Assembly: GCA_965203295.1 (NCBI GenBank)
Contig: CBDBCZ010000013.1
Location: forward strand, 896,001-960,000
Source of the DNA: Nitrospirales bacterium
GTDB lineage: Bacteria; Nitrospirota; Nitrospiria; Nitrospirales; UBA8639
Direction of reading: 5' to 3'
Length of the DNA stretch: 64,000 nt
In this document: positions 61,701 through 64,000 of the stretch, one piece after another
Layout of the letters: each line of letters opens with the position of its first letter
Numbering within the stretch: position 1 is the stretch's first letter
Program-made: the position numbers and the translations under genes
The notes under the pieces: model-generated
Database searches by the model: none
What the model was told of the DNA's origin: nothing
Seen by the model: only the letters and a program-made list of their open reading frames with translations

Positions 61701-64000
61701 AAGGCCTAGCCCTCTGACTGCAGGCGTACTCAGCGTTTTTGGCTTCAAAAGCCTTGTAGACGCTAGCCGCGCCTTTGCCGCACTAAGCGTCATGCGTGCC
61801 CTTAAATTGGAAGGGTCTGACCTGTAGCACCTATTACGGCAAGCACATATATATACGCTCACCGCTTTCAAAGGGTTAAACCCCGTAGACATGTACACAC
61901 ATCATGAAAATTGATCATATACATTATAACGTAGACATGTATCCTCATTAAAGTGATGCTCCAGGGAAATCTCAATTGTGGTTATTGACGTTGCAGTGGA
62001 TACTTTCATTATAGCACTATTTTCAAGGCCTTTCCCATGCAGAGCAAGAGATAATTCCACCCTGAATAACAATGTCATCTTTTCACAACTGATAATATAC
62101 AGACCACAATTTAGTGAACCGCAGTAGCACTTCCAAAATAAGGCTAGCTGTCTCTTACAACACCACTGAAAAGTCTATGGATGTGCTGCTTATCCTTCAA
62201 GGCATCATTCTCTGATGTAATTGGCGGTAATAATGAATTATTGTTTGGTGTATAGAATTCACTGTCACTTGGCACTTTGTTTTGTCAATCGTGTTTGAAT
62301 CTGACATCAAATTACAGCTTGGGAGCTCTTCTCTTCAGTTCTGTAGAGAGTTTAGTTCAAGTCATCTCTCGTCTTTCGCTAAAAACCCATAAACCAAGCT
62401 TACTGCCGTGTTCGTTGTGTAATAAAGATTATTCTTGTAAATAAGTCACTTAATGGGCATGTGCATTGCAGGGCATAGATAGTGAATTAATTAATTGGCA
62501 TGCATGCACTTTGGTACCAAGGCTTGCTTTGTAGAAACAATGTGATGTACAACTACGCAGTGTTCACTGTTGTCGATTGTATCATGTACCCCTCCACTGA
62601 CCTCTGCAAGAGGGGTCATTTCAATATAGCCCAGGCTTGTATGTGTACTTTGATCAGTTCCTGACATGCATGCCGTGTAGAAAGAACATGTACAACTTCA
62701 CACTGTTGACTGATGAATAATTGTATCATGTACCCCTCCACTGACATGTACAGGGAGGGTCATCTCAGTATTGTCAAGTATCTGATCAGTGAAGGACTAT
62801 GCGATGTAAACAAGGTGAACTGCTTTGGATACACACCTCTACACTGGGCTTGCAGGTGAGCTGCAAGCATCCTAATTTTTCAGTTAAATGTAATTCAATG
62901 ACATCACCATTGAGAAGATGAGGGTATAGCAGGGCCGTGGTCATTAATTAGGTTTCAGCCTCACCACTATCAGTTGGTGTTTTTAGTAATTGACAAGCAT
63001 GAATATTGGTGCCAGGAAAATACTTAAGAGAGATCACACCGTGGTTTATCACGGCGTATGATGAAGGTGGCAGCCTTGCCCGATAAAGCACCCTGCTTAC
63101 ACGGTAAAACTATGTGAGTCAACTTGTGGAGCCACACCCTTGTGCATTCAGCGAGTGCTGAGCACACTATTGCTATGTAGTATTCAATTCTTGCCTAAGA
63201 TTACATCAGAAATTATTAGAGACGGCTTGAAATTTCAAATTTTCCTGACTGTGCATGCTCCCAGACTTCCCTGTTGTCGTGATTTACACAGTTTTTAGAC
63301 ATGAAATGTCAGACTTGTTCCATCTAAGTGTACATTAGTGATAGCATAAGAAGATGAGGTTATATACAGCAGGGTCATGGTCATTCAGCCTGAAAATTTT
63401 CAGTTGGTTTTTTTATGATTTGCATGCATGCATTTTGGTGCGAGGAGAATACTTGAGAGAGATCACTTTGTGGTTTATCATGCGCACGACGTGTGATGAA
63501 GGTGGCAGCCTTGCCCTATAAAGCATCCCACTCACCAGGTCAAAACAATGTGAGTCAATTGTTGTGGAGCCACAACCTTCTGAGTTCTGCGGGTGTTGAG
63601 CGCTCTATGGCTATGTAGTAGATTGTGCAATTCTTACATAAAATCATGCACATCGAAAATAATTATTAGAGAAGGCACAAATTCCCAAATTTTCCTCAGG
63701 GCGAGCTCCTAGACTCCCCTATTGTCGTGATTACATGACAGTACATGCAGTAGTGGTACTGCCTAGTACTAGTGTTGTACATAGCATGAGCCCATATTGT
63801 GCCAAGGCTTGCTCTGTAGAAACAATAACTCTTTTCTGATGAATTATTGTATCATGAATTATTGTATCATGAACCCCTCCACTGACCTCCACAGGGAGGG
63901 TCTCCTCAGTATTGTCCACAGGAAGGGTGCACTCACTATTGTCGAGTATCTCATCAGTGAAGGACACTGCGATGTAAACATTGTGGACAGTTCTGGAAAC
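49743..64000 (+). CDS. Ankyrin-repeat protein, 3'-partial, one repeat per exon
   Basis: First coding exon 49743-49897 (MAERYQLSEELLEACERGELGTVQNLISRGADP...TALHAAAR, ends phase 2). Then phase 2-2 exons 58803-58904, 59969-60070, 60497-60598, 61126-61227, 62754-62855 (102 nt each, GHLxIV..L...CDVN....G.TPLHWAC) and 63895/63922 to >64000. Linking the first exon to the array is inferred from matching phase. Confidence 0.8.
50229..50773. mobile_element. Tc1/mariner-type MITE
   Basis: Perfect TIR TACCGTAAACTCTGATAAATAACCG / CGGTTATTTATCAGAGTTTACGGTA. Confidence 0.8.
53514..55676 (-). mobile_element. Inactivated hAT-superfamily transposase (ZBED1/ZBED4-like): BED zinc finger, DDE core, dimerization domain
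   Basis: SPVWDY...C...C...TNLKQHLKKEH, ICVDIWT, LTDNGSNM, CFSHTLQL, PTRWSSTY, ATALDPRY, YPLLSALA and IERTF. Disabled by a 1-nt loss in an A-run near 54505, an in-frame TGA near 54173, an 11-nt duplication near 54135 and a frameshift near 53630. Termini not resolved. Confidence 0.9.
57936..58552. mobile_element. Tc1/mariner-type MITE with TA duplication
   Basis: TACCGTAGGCGCTCTAAAT / ATTTAGAGCGCCTACGGTA. The paralogous empty site GTGGGTTATCTAG is visible near 57785. Confidence 0.85.
61384..61880. mobile_element. piggyBac-like MITE (TTAA-CCC...GGG-TTAA) in an ankyrin intron
   Basis: TTAACCCTTGGAGTGCGG / CCGCTTTCAAAGGGTTAA. Absent from the paralogous intron near 60195. Confidence 0.65.

Larger units (their letters stand above)
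57440..64000 (+). repeat. Tandem exon-plus-intron duplication array of the ankyrin gene
   Basis: Intronic blocks recur between exons, e.g. TGTACCCCTCCACTGACCTCTGCAG, TGATGAAGGTGGCAGCCTTGCCCGATAAAGCAC and GGTTTCAGCC. 59325-59940 is closely related to 63290-63860. Confidence 0.9.

Overview
Intron-rich eukaryotic (animal) genomic DNA. A non-bilaterian such as a demosponge is my guess from gene and repeat style and is not verifiable here. Main content: (1) a complete 35-exon WDR35/IFT121 gene on the minus strand (39046->7735, ~1184 aa) with a U12-type GT-TG intron and a probable GC-AG intron; (2) head-to-head, 211 bp away, a 7-exon DNAJC27/RBJ gene (39258-43900, 269 aa), with RFX X-box and forkhead motifs between the two; (3) a solitary intronless histone H3 gene with a 3' stem-loop; (4) an ankyrin-repeat gene, truncated by the window end, built from tandem 102-nt one-repeat exons with hypervariable binding-surface codons, carrying a decayed hAT (BED-finger) transposase in its first coding intron; (5) many MITE and Helentron-like elements, micro- and minisatellites. 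The two most unusual observations are three intronic Pol III-type small-RNA genes with vault-RNA-like termini, two of which carry a complete tRNA-like cloverleaf with different anticodons, and the DARPin-like diversified ankyrin exon array. Exon boundaries were read by hand from splice motifs, frame continuity and recalled human protein sequences, without alignment tools.
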